Notes: generated by a model from the letters alone, not told the origin. A stretch of DNA of 64,000 nucleotides from Longimicrobiales bacterium (GCA_965204735.1 OZ242008.1:2112001-2176000), one strand, 5' to 3'. Positions 31,201 through 39,425 are shown, counted from the first letter of the stretch. Program-made: numbers and translations.

Positions 31201-34005
31201 CGACACGTTCGCGTCCGTCGTCGTCCCCTGCCGCCGAATGTAGGCCCCAGACCCGGTAGGGAACGTCAGCGCGGTCGCGCCGATGCTGATCCCGGTCGAG
31301 TCGCTGTCCGCCGCCACGACCGTGTAGCAGAAGAGCACAAACCTGGCGGCGGTGCTGCACGCCGGGGCCTGCCGCGTCTGCGTCCCGATCCCCAGCGCCA
31401 GTTGCGAATACATCTGCGTCGTCGTCGGAGCACTAATGTTCGTGTTGAACCCAACGGCCACCCAAATCTGGTCCCCAAGCCCGAACACGCTGTCCGTGCT
31501 CGCAAAGAACGTCTGCACCCCCTGCGGGTTCGCGAAAAACATGGTCGTCACGTAAGGCACGTCGCCCGTCACCTTGTGCCCCGCCGCGTTCGAGATCGCG
31601 TTCGTCCCCAACCCCAAGTTCGCGGCCGTCGTGCCGCCCGCGATCCGGATCGTCCCGCCGTTCAGCGCCAGCGCGCTCGCGCCGATGCTGATGCCGTTCG
31701 CGTCCGCGTCCGCCACGACCACTGCATAGCGGAACGTCAAAGACCTGGTGCCCGTGCCCGCCGCGTAGCCCGCCTGCCGCGTCAGCGTGTCGATCCCCAG
31801 CGCCACCTGCGGCGTCCCCGTCACATCCACCGGGCGGTCGAAGTCGACCTTGACCTCGATCACGTTCCCTTCCGCGTACGCGCTGTCCGCGCCCGGGTCG
31901 CTGCTGATCGTCACGCCGCTCACGTTCGGCGCCACCTCCACCGTGCCGTCCACCTGGTAGGCCACATTGTTCGTGAACGTGTGGTCAGCCAGCGACACGT
32001 TCGCGTCCGTCGTCGTCCCCTGCCGCCGAATGTAGGCCCCCGACCCCGCAGGAAACGTCAGCGCGTTCGCGCCGATGCTGATCCCCGTCGAGTCCCTGTC
32101 CGCCGCCACGACCGTATAGCAGAAGAACGCAAACCTGGGGTTCTGGCCGCACAGCGGGGCCTGCCGCGTCTGCGTCCCGATCCCCAGCGCCAGTTGCGCC
32201 TGCGTCGCCGTCGTCGTCGCAATCCTAACGTTCGTGTTGAACCCAACGATCACGCGAACCACATCCCCCGATCCGAACACGCTGTCCGTGCCGGCATGGA
32301 ATATCTGCACCCCCTGCGGGTTCGCGACAAAGATGGTCGTCACGTAGGGCACGTCGCCCGTCACCTTGTGCCCCGTCGCGTTCGAGATCGCGTGGCCGCC
32401 CAAACCAAGGTTCGCGTTCGCCGATCCGCCCTTGAGCTCGATCGTCCCGCCGTTCAACGCCAAAGCGCTCGCGCCGATGCTGATCCCCGTCGTGTCCACG
32501 TCCGCCACGACCACTGTATAGCGAAACCGCAATGAATTGGTGCCCGTGCCCGCCGCGTAGCCCGCCTGCCGCGTCTGCGTCCCGATCCCCAGCGCCACCT
32601 GCGGCGTTCCCGTCACGTCCACCGGACGGTCGAAGGCGACCTTGACCTCGATCACGTTCCCTTCCGCGTACGCGCTGTCCGCGCCCGGGTCGCTGCTGAT
32701 CGACACGGCGCTCACGTTCGGCGCCACCTCCTTCGTGCCGTCCACCTTGAAAGCAGCATTGTCCGTGTTGTCGTGCGCCGCCAGCGACAGGTTGGCGTTC
32801 GTCGACGTGCCCTGCCGCCGGATCGCGCCCCCGGGTATCGTCAGCGCGCTCGCGCCGATGCTGATCCCCGTCGAATCCCTGTCCGCCGCCACGACCGTGT
32901 AGTTGAAGTACAGCGAGTGGGCGTTGAACGCGTAGAAGGTCGCGCTTCTCGTGTTCGCCCCGATGGTCAAGGCCAGCCGCGGCCACTGAGTGTGCCAGCT
33001 GATCGGCCTGTCGAACGTCACCTTCACCCTGATGACGTCTTCCAGCCCGAAGGTGCTGTCCGCCGCAGCCTGCGTCATGACAGCGCCTTGTGCGGTGATG
33101 TATTCCACGGCAGACACGAACGGCGGCGCCACCTTGGTGCCGTCCACCTTGTAGGCCACATTGTTCGTGAACGTGTGGTCAGCCAGCGACACGTTCGCGT
33201 CCGTCGTCGTCCCCAGCCGCCGAATGTAGTGCCCAGATGGTATCGTCAGCGCGTTCGCGCCGATGCTGATCCCGGTCGAATCCCTGTCAGCCGCCACGAC
33301 CGTGTAGCAGAAGACCGCAATCGAGGCGGTGCGGGTGCACACCGAGCTCTGCCGCGTCTGCGTCCCGATCTCCAGCGCCAGGTGCGCCGGCGGCTGCACC
33401 TCCACCGAAAAAACGTTCGTGTTGAACACTACGGCCACCCGAATCTCGTCCCCAAGCCCGAACACGCTGTCCGTGCTCGCATGGAATATCTCCGTCCCTG
33501 CGGAGTTCACGAGAAACATGGCCGTCACGTAGGGCACGTCGCCCGTCACCTTGTGCCCCGACGCGTTCGAGATCGCGTTCGTCCCCAACCCCAAGTTCGC
33601 GGCCGTCGCGCCGCCCGCGATCTGGATCGTCCCGCCGTTCAGCGCCAAAGCGCTCGCGCCGATGCTGATGCCGTCCGCGTCCGCGTCCGCCACGACCACT
33701 GTATAGCGGAACCTCAAAGACGTGGTGCCCGAGCCCGTCGCGTAGTCCGCCTGCCGCGTCTGCGTCCCGATCCCCAGCGCCACACGCGGCGTTCCCGTCA
33801 CGTCCACCGACTGGTCGAAGTCGACCTTGACCTCGATCGTGTTGCCTTCGGCGTACGCGCTGTCAGCGCCCGGGTCGCTGGAAATCGACACGCCGCTCAC
33901 GTTCGGCGTCTGGGCGTTCGCAACGACCGGCGACCCGGCGACCACCAGCCCGGCGACCACCAGCACCAAGCCGAGAGCCGAAAGAAGCCTTCGCACTACC
34001 CACAT
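19270..34005 (-). CDS. Giant (4911 aa) surface adhesin / autotransporter-like protein
   Basis: Signal peptide, 28 Ig-like repeats of about 125-135 aa (IEVxVxF...VTGTPxLALxIG...LxFxYxV...DxDGISIGA...NGGTI), 5 cadherin repeats plus one cadherin-like domain, a helical linker, and a C-terminal beta-barrel (WTLWGQ...VGLDYRF...RIAFD). Confidence 0.88.
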   Translation of the reverse strand: MWVVRRLLSALGLVLVVAGLVVAGSPVVANAQTPNVSGVSISSDPGADSAYAEGNTIEVKVDFDQSVDVTGTPRVALGIGTQTRQADYATGSGTTSLRFRYTVVVADADADGISIGASALALNGGTIQIAGGATAANLGLGTNAISNASGHKVTGDVPYVTAMFLVNSAGTEIFHASTDSVFGLGDEIRVAVVFNTNVFSVEVQPPAHLALEIGTQTRQSSVCTRTASIAVFCYTVVAADRDSTGISIGANALTIPSGHYIRRLGTTTDANVSLADHTFTNNVAYKVDGTKVAPPFVSAVEYITAQGAVMTQAAADSTFGLEDVIRVKVTFDRPISWHTQWPRLALTIGANTRSATFYAFNAHSLYFNYTVVAADRDSTGISIGASALTIPGGAIRRQGTSTNANLSLAAHDNTDNAAFKVDGTKEVAPNVSAVSISSDPGADSAYAEGNVIEVKVAFDRPVDVTGTPQVALGIGTQTRQAGYAAGTGTNSLRFRYTVVVADVDTTGISIGASALALNGGTIELKGGSANANLGLGGHAISNATGHKVTGDVPYVTTIFVANPQGVQIFHAGTDSVFGSGDVVRVIVGFNTNVRIATTTATQAQLALGIGTQTRQAPLCGQNPRFAFFCYTVVAADRDSTGISIGANALTFPAGSGAYIRRQGTTTDANVSLADHTFTNNVAYQVDGTVEVAPNVSGVTISSDPGADSAYAEGNVIEVKVDFDRPVDVTGTPQVALGIDTLTRQAGYAAGTGTRSLTFRYAVVVADADANGISIGASALALNGGTIRIAGGTTAANLGLGTNAISNAAGHKVTGDVPYVTTMFFANPQGVQTFFASTDSVFGLGDQIWVAVGFNTNISAPTTTQMYSQLALGIGTQTRQAPACSTAARFVLFCYTVVAADSDSTGISIGATALTFPTGSGAYIRRQGTTTDANVSLAGYEITNNIAFQVDGAKEAAPNVSGVSISSDAGADSTYATGDTIEVKVDFDRPVDATGTPQVTLGIGTQTRQADYAAGTGTRSLRFRYTVVPTDSDATGVSIGASALALNGGTIRIAGGTAVANLGLGSHTITNAAAHKVDGNLGPPGVTGVSIGDAPADSTFELSDVVVVTVEFNAAVTVTPTTGANRPRVRLGIGSSLRNALYARGSGTASLEFEYTVFQTDADTDGISIGANALETPSGSTIRQMGTTTDAALGLGAHTVTNSAAHKVAGNTRTTPVVKGLRITSSPVVGDTYLAGEAIEVEVEFVRGVYVAGTPRLALEVGDSTRQAEYNRRDATFTRVTFRYVVQATDADADGISVGAGALAVSAADTIADGRQWSDAADLALGSHVFSNASAHKVSGAVPYVTSAFFMSAANTGISYASTDSVYGLGDEIRVGVGFNTGVTVTGTPRLALGIGSQTRSAALCGTTGGGVILVFCYTVVAADADSTGISIGASALTLPGGATIRATGTTTDARLSLVPWNFADAVAYQVDGTKEVAPVVSGVSIASAPASDSTYGRTEAIEVEVEFERSVDVTGTPGATTLGTPYVLITVGSVSRFAYYAGGTGTRTLRFEYTVVAADADSTGISIGASALALNGGAIRIAGGTTNASLGLGTHAISNAAAHKVDGNLGPPGVNALTISSPVVGDVFERGETIAVELEFNRAVDVTGTPRLALTIGSATRQASYASGTGTTGLLFQYVVASGDADADGLSIGAGALTLSGGTIRLAGGTLDATLGLGASAVTNSGGHQVSGSTFTTPAVSAVTVSSAPASGQTYQLGESIEVKVAFGRPVAVTGTPRLALTIGTTTRQAVYDSASSKVDTLVFGYAVRPSDADADGLSIAASALTLNGGTIADVRPGAAAAALGLGSSAVTNAASHKVNGGLGPPGVTGLTVASPPTGTTFERGDTVVATVRFNKSVDVTGTPRLALGIGAQTRQAAYASGTGTTSLVFRYVVVAADVDADGLSVGASALTLNGGTIDVAGGTTDALLSLEHQAFSNFLVVNGGLFTAATVAGVSITSAPASDSTYGRTEQIEVEVTFNRRVMVTDTPQVALTIGTQTRQAEYASGTGTKTLTFGYVVVAADADANGISIGASALALNGGTISDARDATMAAGLGLGSYAITNAAAHKVNGNLGPPGVTGLVVASPPVGDTFERGDVIAATLTFNRAVDVTGTPQLALGIGSQTRQASYASGTGTTALVFQYTVVTADVDADGLSIGTSALALNSGTIRLSGGTLDATLGLSTHAVTNSTGHKVAGGTFTASSVSGVTISSAPSSGDTYGLGEEIEVEVSFVRPVVTGGAPQLALTVGARTRQAEYASGTFTKTLTFGYEVLAADADSNGISIGASALALNGGTINDARGGSTAASLGLGSSAIANAASHKVDGALGPPGVSALSIGSPHVGDTFERGETIEVKIAFTKAVAVTGTPQLALGIGSATKQASYAAGTGTDTLVFRYVVVTADEDSTGISIGTSALALNGGTIRVSGGATDAVLSLRDHFVTDNGNYKVAGGTFTAAAVSGVTISSAPSSDSTYGRTEVIEVEVGFTRPVAVTGAPQLALTIGSQTRQAAYASGSGTATLAFGYTVVAADEDSTGIGIAASALALNGGTINDARGGTTAAGLGLGSNAISNAAAHKVDGSRGPPGVTGLSIGAPTVGDTFERGETIEVSLVFNRSVDVTGTPRLALTIGSATRQAAYASGTGTDTLVFRYVVASGDADADGLSIAASALALNGGTIRVAGGTLDATLGLGASAVANSAGHKVAGGTFTTPAVSAVTVSSTPASASTYQLGEQIEVKVAFGRPVAVTGSPRLALTIGTVTRQASYVAASSKADTLVFGYAVRPADADTDGISIGASALTLNGGTIADVRPGAAAAALGLGTNAVSNAASHKVNGSLGPPGVVGMSVAAPPVGATFERGDTVVATVTFNKAVDVTGTPQLALSIGTQTRQAGYASGTGTTALVFRYVVVQADADTDGLSVGASALALNGGTIDVAGGTTDALLSLAHHAISNDGARRVAGGTFTASSVSEVSITSSPAGGSTYGLSEQIEVEVTFNRNVTVTGAPQLALTIGSQTRQAAYVSATAGKQLTFQYEVVAGDADANGLSIGASALGLNGGAIADARDGTTAASLGLGSHAISNDAAHRVDGAQGPPGVSGVSIASPPIGDTFERGDTIIATVTFNKGVDVTGTPQLALTIGAATKQASYASGTGTASLVFRYLVVTADTDADGLSIGASALALNGGTIDVAGGTVDAVLGLGAHAVSNSSGHKVAGGTFTAASVSGVSLTSSPAVATTYGRGEQVEVQVTFNRRVVVTGTPQMALTVGAQTRQADYASGTGTHTLTFRYTVVQADADTDGISIGASALALNSGTIADARNGTTAAALGLGSHALSAAAGHKVDGTLAGASVTGVAVSSTPESGDTYGLGERIEVQVTFDRAVTVTGAPQLALTVGTATRQASYAAGSGTATLSFAYRVQGAGSGGSGTGGVDADADGVGVAAAALTLNGATIVNTADGVRPAVLALGSHAIAAAANDKVDGTVEAVPAVVGMAVTSTPGANGLYGPRSVIRVAVTFSRPVEVAGAPQQAGHMSAATAPVRLSIEIGTAVRHASYVSGSGTPVLVFEYVVQPADRDEDGISIAADALTAAGGALRIAGGTTAATLDLSSYAVENLEEHQVNGAGGTDPVFGRAEYEFELTEDELGPVVVGTVSATDPFGGEVTYSLAAGDEGLFEVDARTGEVRYVGTGEDAEARSEFVMIVRATADDGERTGDATVTVRLVNVNDAPVFTAERYAFAMAENVAGPLALGVAEAVDLDEGDTLTYRLASGDADRFEVDGATGAVRYVGTGEDYEGPGPKSWELEVTATDLAGSSAKALVAVALTNVNEGPAFADSAYAFDLAENARGPLLLGAVRATDPDGGDWLSYALTAGDAERFKVNATSGAVQYVGTGEDAETGPGSWELEVTATDRGGLVARTRVVVTLEDRNEGPVFVEAIWEWELAEHVAGPVELGAVEATDVDAGDTLRYSLSGASAALFDVGESSGVVRYVGAGEDAETGPEGWEFEVVATDRAGLAAVAKVRVLLLDVNEAPAFVDSAYAFDLAENVRGPRELGRVEATDPDRGDALTYSLAQGDAGRFQVDGASGRVRYVGAGEDYEDGPPEFALTVRVTDGGGLTAEAAVVVTLLDVNEGPEAVGSLSPPVLEVGGAPWEVGLGEYFRDPDGDALSYAVVSSSPSVAAASVSGAGRLSVSPREIGAAVVTVTATDAGGLTATQQASVTVSASRADRARALKLTLAAFGRSLGTETVDAIGGRLGLESSGSPGGSHVQLGGRSLSCVAFGGGRDSGGTSSGTASAHAGPDEGGAGLGGGVSGGRCGLESLVRDATGLLGFQITHPGTGSGPGGIPSGTLDLAAIFFGDGATGLGGAPSGTLGLGGSYQGQREEDAGRAERTRGGVAFSPLTGRDLRSRSSFQLSFGGGSPDGQGGAGADAASSASASPDASPAQAASQAGWTLWGQANVGEFEGRPEDDFAMDGRTRSAYVGLDYRFGSGFLMGLAGSRSDVAANYESGINGVGKTKAHLTSLYPYLSWSSQGGFGIWGLAGAGMGAANVGEMGPTYDADLRMRMGALGVRQQLVGGLALKADAFAVRMMTDASNGHVAAVTADAQRVRLAPELGGQWTSSGVAMRTRIEVGGRYDRGDAETGMGAEAGAELGFTHAGSGLSLDARGRMLLIHQDRNFKDWGAAVALRVQPGREDGGLSFSLEPSWGNASGGAQTLWQGGADVWRTAGVPGRGAPAPAAQPGGVPASGDQAGYGGPAAPGGPASPGGVPAHGFPSAHGFGAPQNARGWAPSRLAMQVGYGVLLPGGGQIKPFGRWSREGAAGYRLNVGTQWAMLGGETAEQQAPGLRLVMDFFGEQVADGLQPPERRVGLVGRIAFD

Positions 34006-34057
34006 GGCACGCCACCTGCATCCGGGCTTGGTCCGAGATGGCGAATACTGAAAGGCG

Positions 34058-34089
<32 letters not shown>

Positions 34090-34117
34090 AATGGAAGCTC
34101 ATCTTGGCCAAGCTCCA

Positions 34118-34155
34118 GGAAGGTGGGCGAACGCCGGGAAGGTGGGCGAACGCCG
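34118..34155. repeat. Perfect 19-bp tandem duplication in the adhesin 5' region
   Basis: ggaaggtgggcgaacgccg occurs twice. Confidence 0.85.
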
Positions 34156-34192
34156 AAGGACAGCACCGTTGGCGGCATGTATCGGTCGGTCG

Positions 34193-34201
34193 AATATAGC
34201 A
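34193..34201 (-). promoter_or_regulatory. Extended -10 promoter candidate for the adhesin
   Basis: Minus strand TGcTATATT in an otherwise GC-rich intergenic region. Confidence 0.45.
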
Positions 34202-34296
34202 GTAGAGGTTGCAGATGGGGAGGCGCAATGGTCCGAAAGGCTCCCCGACCAAGCGCCCGAGCGCCAGGGCCGCCATCCGAACGGCGCCGCCGTTGA

Positions 34297-35246
34297 TCAT
34301 CTCCACTCCACGTCTTGGATGGCGGTCCAGGGAACGACTTCGGCGCCGCTCCGCCGACCGAGCGGGCCGTCGCCGCCGTAGACCAGCCGGGCGACGGGCT
34401 CCAGGTGCGGGTTGGCGCGTCGGGCGCGTTCCGGGAACGTCTTCAGCGCCCGGAAGAACTCGGACGTGACGGTGGCGCCCGACTTCACCTCCACGGCGAT
34501 CGTGCGTCGGGCCGACTCGACCACCAAGTCCAGCTCCACGCCCCTCGCCTCGCGAAGGTGGAAGAGGCCGTCCGTCTCGCCTCGGTGCACGCGCGCCTTC
34601 AGGATCTCGGACGCGCACCAGCTCTCGAACAGCGCGCCGCGCAGCGGGTGGACGCGCAGCTGGTCGGGGTCGCGAACTCCCAGCAGCCGGCACGCAAGCC
34701 CCGAGTCCACGAAGTGCAGCTTGGGCGCCTTGACCAGGCGCTTGCGGAAGTTCCGCAGCCACGGGGCCGCGCGGAAGACGACGAAGCTGGCTTCGAGCAC
34801 CGAGAGCCATGCTCGCACGGTCGCGTGGGCCACGCCCGCGTCGGACCCCAGCGACGACAGGTTGAGTTCCTGGGCCGTGCGCCCCGCCGCCAAGCGCAGG
34901 AAGGTGGTGAAGGCGGTCAGGTTGGTCACTTGGAGCACTTGGCGAACATCCCGCTGGACGATACGTGTCGGCGTACCCGGCCAGCCATTCGTCCGCCGGA
35001 GAAGAGGCCAGGCGCCCGCTGAACTTCGTCGAACACCACGGGGCCGGAGTGCTGGGCCAGAAACCCCCTCGGGTCCGTCTCGGCGAACTCGCGCCCGTCC
35101 AGCGGCTCCAGGCTCACGTAGTCGTGGTCCGGGAAGCACGCACGACACAAGGTCGTCTTGCCCGACTGGCGCGGGCCGGTCACCGCGACCACCGGGGACT
35201 GGCGGGCGGCACGGCGCAGGCTCGGCTCGAGGGTGCGGGCGATCAT
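34297..35246 (-). pseudogene. AAA_14 + DUF4143 ATP-binding protein, internally deleted and frameshifted
   Basis: N-part MIARTL...GPRQSGKTT...FDEVQRAPGLFS. The frame then changes to WLAGYADTY and again to VQRDVRQV...KAPKLHFVDSGL...GALFESW...ELDLV...VEVKSG. Confidence 0.8.
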
Positions 35247-35367
35247 GGCACGGATCGTAGATCGCATTGCCGATCGGTGCAACCGGCAACCGAGCCCCAT
35301 CGCCGCACGCCGACTCGCTCTATCCGTAGTCCCCGAAACGCAACCAGATTCCTCGGATCATGTCTGT

Positions 35368-36270
35368 CTATCGGGGAATAGAGCATCCTGCCCAATGGCC
35401 CCCTTTGGGCAAGGCGGGATCATAAATCGGCTTGTGCATGGGGCGGGTTCGCAGTACGCCTGCGTCCAGGTCGCGGACGCGTTGACGGGCGATCTCGACG
35501 TACTCGGAGACTACGTCGCAACCGAAGGCGGCGCGTCCGTGCTTGCGGGCTGCCACCACAGACGATCCGACGCCCATGTAGGGATCCAAGACGGAGCCTC
35601 CCTGTTCGGTCATGGACAAGACCAGCCTCTCCACGAGCTCGACTGGGAACTGGCAAGGATGCGTCGTCTTCTCGACGTGATTGGCCTTTACGTTCGGGAT
35701 GTCCCACACGTCCGAGGGGTTCTTGCCCAGTGGGTTTCCCGACCGTTTTCCCCTGTTCGGGCCCTTGAAGTACTTCTTGCCGGGGTACTTCGAGGGGACC
35801 CGAACCGGATCGACGTTGAAGTAGTAGTCGTCCGACTTCGTGAACCACAGAATGGTCTCGTATCGACCGGAGAACCTCTTTGTGCAGTGCAGTCCGTGGC
35901 CAAAGCGCCACACGATCCGGTTGCGCAGCTTCAGTCCGTGGGACTTGAACACGTCGTACAGCACAATGTCCAAGGGAAACACCTCGCGGTTGCGCACGTG
36001 GTTGCCAACCTGCCAACAGATCGACCCCTTGGGATCAAGTACCCTCACGCACTCGGCGACGGTCGCCTCCTGTTCCTCCAAGTAGCGGTCGAGGCTTGTG
36101 CGCGTTTCGTACGCCTTGCCGATGTTGTAGGGAGGCGAAGTGACGACCAGATGCATCGAATCGCTGGACAACGTTGCAAGAAAGTCCAGGTTGTCGGCGC
36201 ATTCGATTCTCGCGGCGAGGCTGGGGTCCGGCCCGCTTGCGATTTCAGCGCCGAGAACGTATTGGGTCAA
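35368..36270 (-). CDS. Beta-class amino DNA methyltransferase (BglII/BstYI-MTase-like), no adjacent REase
   Basis: VTSPPYN (motif IV) precedes DPYMGVGS (motif I). Also GSICWQVG, RNRIVW, HGLH, GKNPSDVW, HPCQFP. TTG start overlaps the pyrC TGA. Confidence 0.85.
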   Translation of the reverse strand: MTQYVLGAEIASGPDPSLAARIECADNLDFLATLSSDSMHLVVTSPPYNIGKAYETRTSLDRYLEEQEATVAECVRVLDPKGSICWQVGNHVRNREVFPLDIVLYDVFKSHGLKLRNRIVWRFGHGLHCTKRFSGRYETILWFTKSDDYYFNVDPVRVPSKYPGKKYFKGPNRGKRSGNPLGKNPSDVWDIPNVKANHVEKTTHPCQFPVELVERLVLSMTEQGGSVLDPYMGVGSSVVAARKHGRAAFGCDVVSEYVEIARQRVRDLDAGVLRTRPMHKPIYDPALPKGGHWAGCSIPR

Positions 36271-37571
36271 CTGTCCAGCCCCCAGACGGTCTCGCCCGCC
36301 ACTACAGTTCGGACCACCCGGCCCACGAGGCGCCGGCCCGCGAAGGGCGTGTTGCGGCTCTTGGAGAGAAAGGAGTCGGGGTCCGCTTCCCACTCTTCCT
36401 TCGGATCGATCAGAGTCAGGTCGGCCGGGGAGCCCGGGGCCAAGCCGCCGCCGGGCAGGCCCAGGGCGCGCGTCGGGCCGGCCGACATGCGCTCGATCAG
36501 CGTGGGCAAGTCCGTGACGCCCTTCAGGACCAGATCGGTGTGGAGGACCGCAAAGGCGGTCTCGAAGCCCACGGCGCCGTAGGGGGCGTCGTCGAACGCC
36601 TGCTCCTTCTCGTCGTAGTGGCGGGGCGCGTGGTCGGTGGCCACCGCGTCGATCGCGCCTTCGGCCAGGGCCGCCTGCAACGCCTCCACGTCTCCAAGGG
36701 GCCGCAGGGGCGGGTCCACCTTGTAGTTGGAGCCGTAGCTGTCCAGCAGGTCGTGGGAGAGAAGCAGGTGGTGCGGGGTCGCCTCGGCGGTGACCTGCAC
36801 GCCGCGCTCCCGCGCTTGGCGGATCAGCCGGCAGGCGGCGGCGGTGGAGACCCGCTGCAGGTGGAGGCGGCCGCCCGTCGCCTCGGCCAGCGCCAAGTCC
36901 CGGTGGACGCCGATCTCCTCGGCGGCGCCCGGCTTGCCCCGCAGACCCAGGCGGGTGGACACGACCCCCTCGTGCATGACGGCGCCCTCCGCCAGCCAGG
37001 GGTCCTCCGAATGGGCCAGCACCGGAACGCCGAACGACTGGGCGTACTCCAGGGCCAGGCGCATCAGCGCCGACGAGCGGAGCGCGCGGCCCGCGTCGCC
37101 CACGGCCACCGCTCCCGCTTCCACGACTTCGCCGAACTCGGTGAGGCGCTCCCCTGCCCTGCCGACCGTGACCGCCGCCGCCGGGAAGACCCTGGCGCCC
37201 GAGGCTCGGCGTCCAGCCGCCACCACGAACCCGACCGCAGCGGGATCGTCCACGGGCGGGTCGGTGTCGGGCATGGCGCACACCGCCGTGAAGCCGCCCG
37301 CCGCCGCGGCCGCCACGCCGGAAGCGATCGTCTCGCAGTGCTCCCAGCCGGGCTCGCAGAGGTGGGCGTGAGGGTCCACGAAGCCCGGCGCGACGACGAG
37401 GCCGACGGCGTCGATCGACTTCGCGGGCGGCGAGCCCTCCGGCGGCGCAGTCGACGCCAAGTTCTCGCCGACCGCGGCGATCCTTCCGTCCTCGACCAGC
37501 ACGTCGCACACGGCGTCGAGCCCCTGGACCGGGTCGATCACCCGGCCTCCCTGCACCAGCAGTCGGGTCAC
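36267..37571 (-). CDS. pyrC: Dihydroorotase-family protein, possibly a non-catalytic PyrC' subunit
   Basis: GGRVIDP, PGFVDPHAH, GGFT, HSED, TPHHL, PPLR, ATDHAP. Follows pyrB. Several active-site substitutions. Confidence 0.88.
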   Translation of the reverse strand: MTRLLVQGGRVIDPVQGLDAVCDVLVEDGRIAAVGENLASTAPPEGSPPAKSIDAVGLVVAPGFVDPHAHLCEPGWEHCETIASGVAAAAAGGFTAVCAMPDTDPPVDDPAAVGFVVAAGRRASGARVFPAAAVTVGRAGERLTEFGEVVEAGAVAVGDAGRALRSSALMRLALEYAQSFGVPVLAHSEDPWLAEGAVMHEGVVSTRLGLRGKPGAAEEIGVHRDLALAEATGGRLHLQRVSTAAACRLIRQARERGVQVTAEATPHHLLLSHDLLDSYGSNYKVDPPLRPLGDVEALQAALAEGAIDAVATDHAPRHYDEKEQAFDDAPYGAVGFETAFAVLHTDLVLKGVTDLPTLIERMSAGPTRALGLPGGGLAPGSPADLTLIDPKEEWEADPDSFLSKSRNTPFAGRRLVGRVVRTVVAGETVWGLDS

Positions 37572-37641
37572 CGGCTCGCGCTCCCGACCGGGCGGCAGCG
37601 GCGGCCAGGCGGCCGCGGCCTGCTCGGACCCAGCAGTCGGA

Positions 37642-38801
<1,160 letters not shown>

Positions 38802-38805
<4 letters not shown>

Positions 38806-39425
38806 CGCGGCGTCGTGTCGGTCACCACGACGGCCAGGCTGCCGTCCACGCGGGGCACCAGCACGTCCACGCGCTGGCGGGGCAGCACTTGGCAGATTCG
38901 GCCCACGATGTCGGGCTGGATCGGCATCTGCCGCTCTCCCCTGTCCACCAGGACGCAGAGGAGTATTCGCGCTGGACGACCGAAGTCCATGAGCTCGTTG
39001 AGGGCCGCCCGCACAGTGCGGCCCGTGTACGCCACGTCGTCCACGAGCACGACCGCCTTGCCGTCCACGCCGCCCGGGGGAAGCCGCGTCTCGCCGACCC
39101 GGGGCAGGTGGCCCAGGGCCATGAGGTCGTCCCGGTACATGGTGATGTCCAGAGTGCCCGTGGGAACCGGCTCGCCCTCGACGGCGGCCGCCTCGGCGCC
39201 GATCATGGCGGCCAGGTCGACCCCCCGGCGCTGGATGCCCATCAAGACCAGGTCGCGCCCGCCGCCGGCCTTCTCCAGGACTTCGTGGGCCATGCGGTCC
39301 ACGGCCCGCCGGACGGCGCCGGCGTCCATGAGCACCGTGGGCGTCGGCGAAGTCGCCGGGAGTTCGGCAGCCGACGGGACGGAAGGGCCGGCCGGGGGGC
39401 TGTCTGGGTTCGCGCCTGGGTTCAC
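38802..39425 (-). CDS. pyrR: Bifunctional pyr operon regulator / uracil PRTase
   Basis: [47 protein letters not shown]. Start uncertain (GTG 39425 or ATG 39329). Confidence 0.9.

Noticed and set aside
19573..32535. Very long + strand ORFs (3153 aa, 1112 aa) opposite the adhesin
   Set aside because: Arg/His-rich antisense shadows produced by high GC and repeat periodicity, with no protein-like motifs.
29590..33540. Diversity-generating retroelement as the source of adhesin loop variation
   Set aside because: No reverse transcriptase or template repeat in the window. Differences include indels and are not adenine-restricted.
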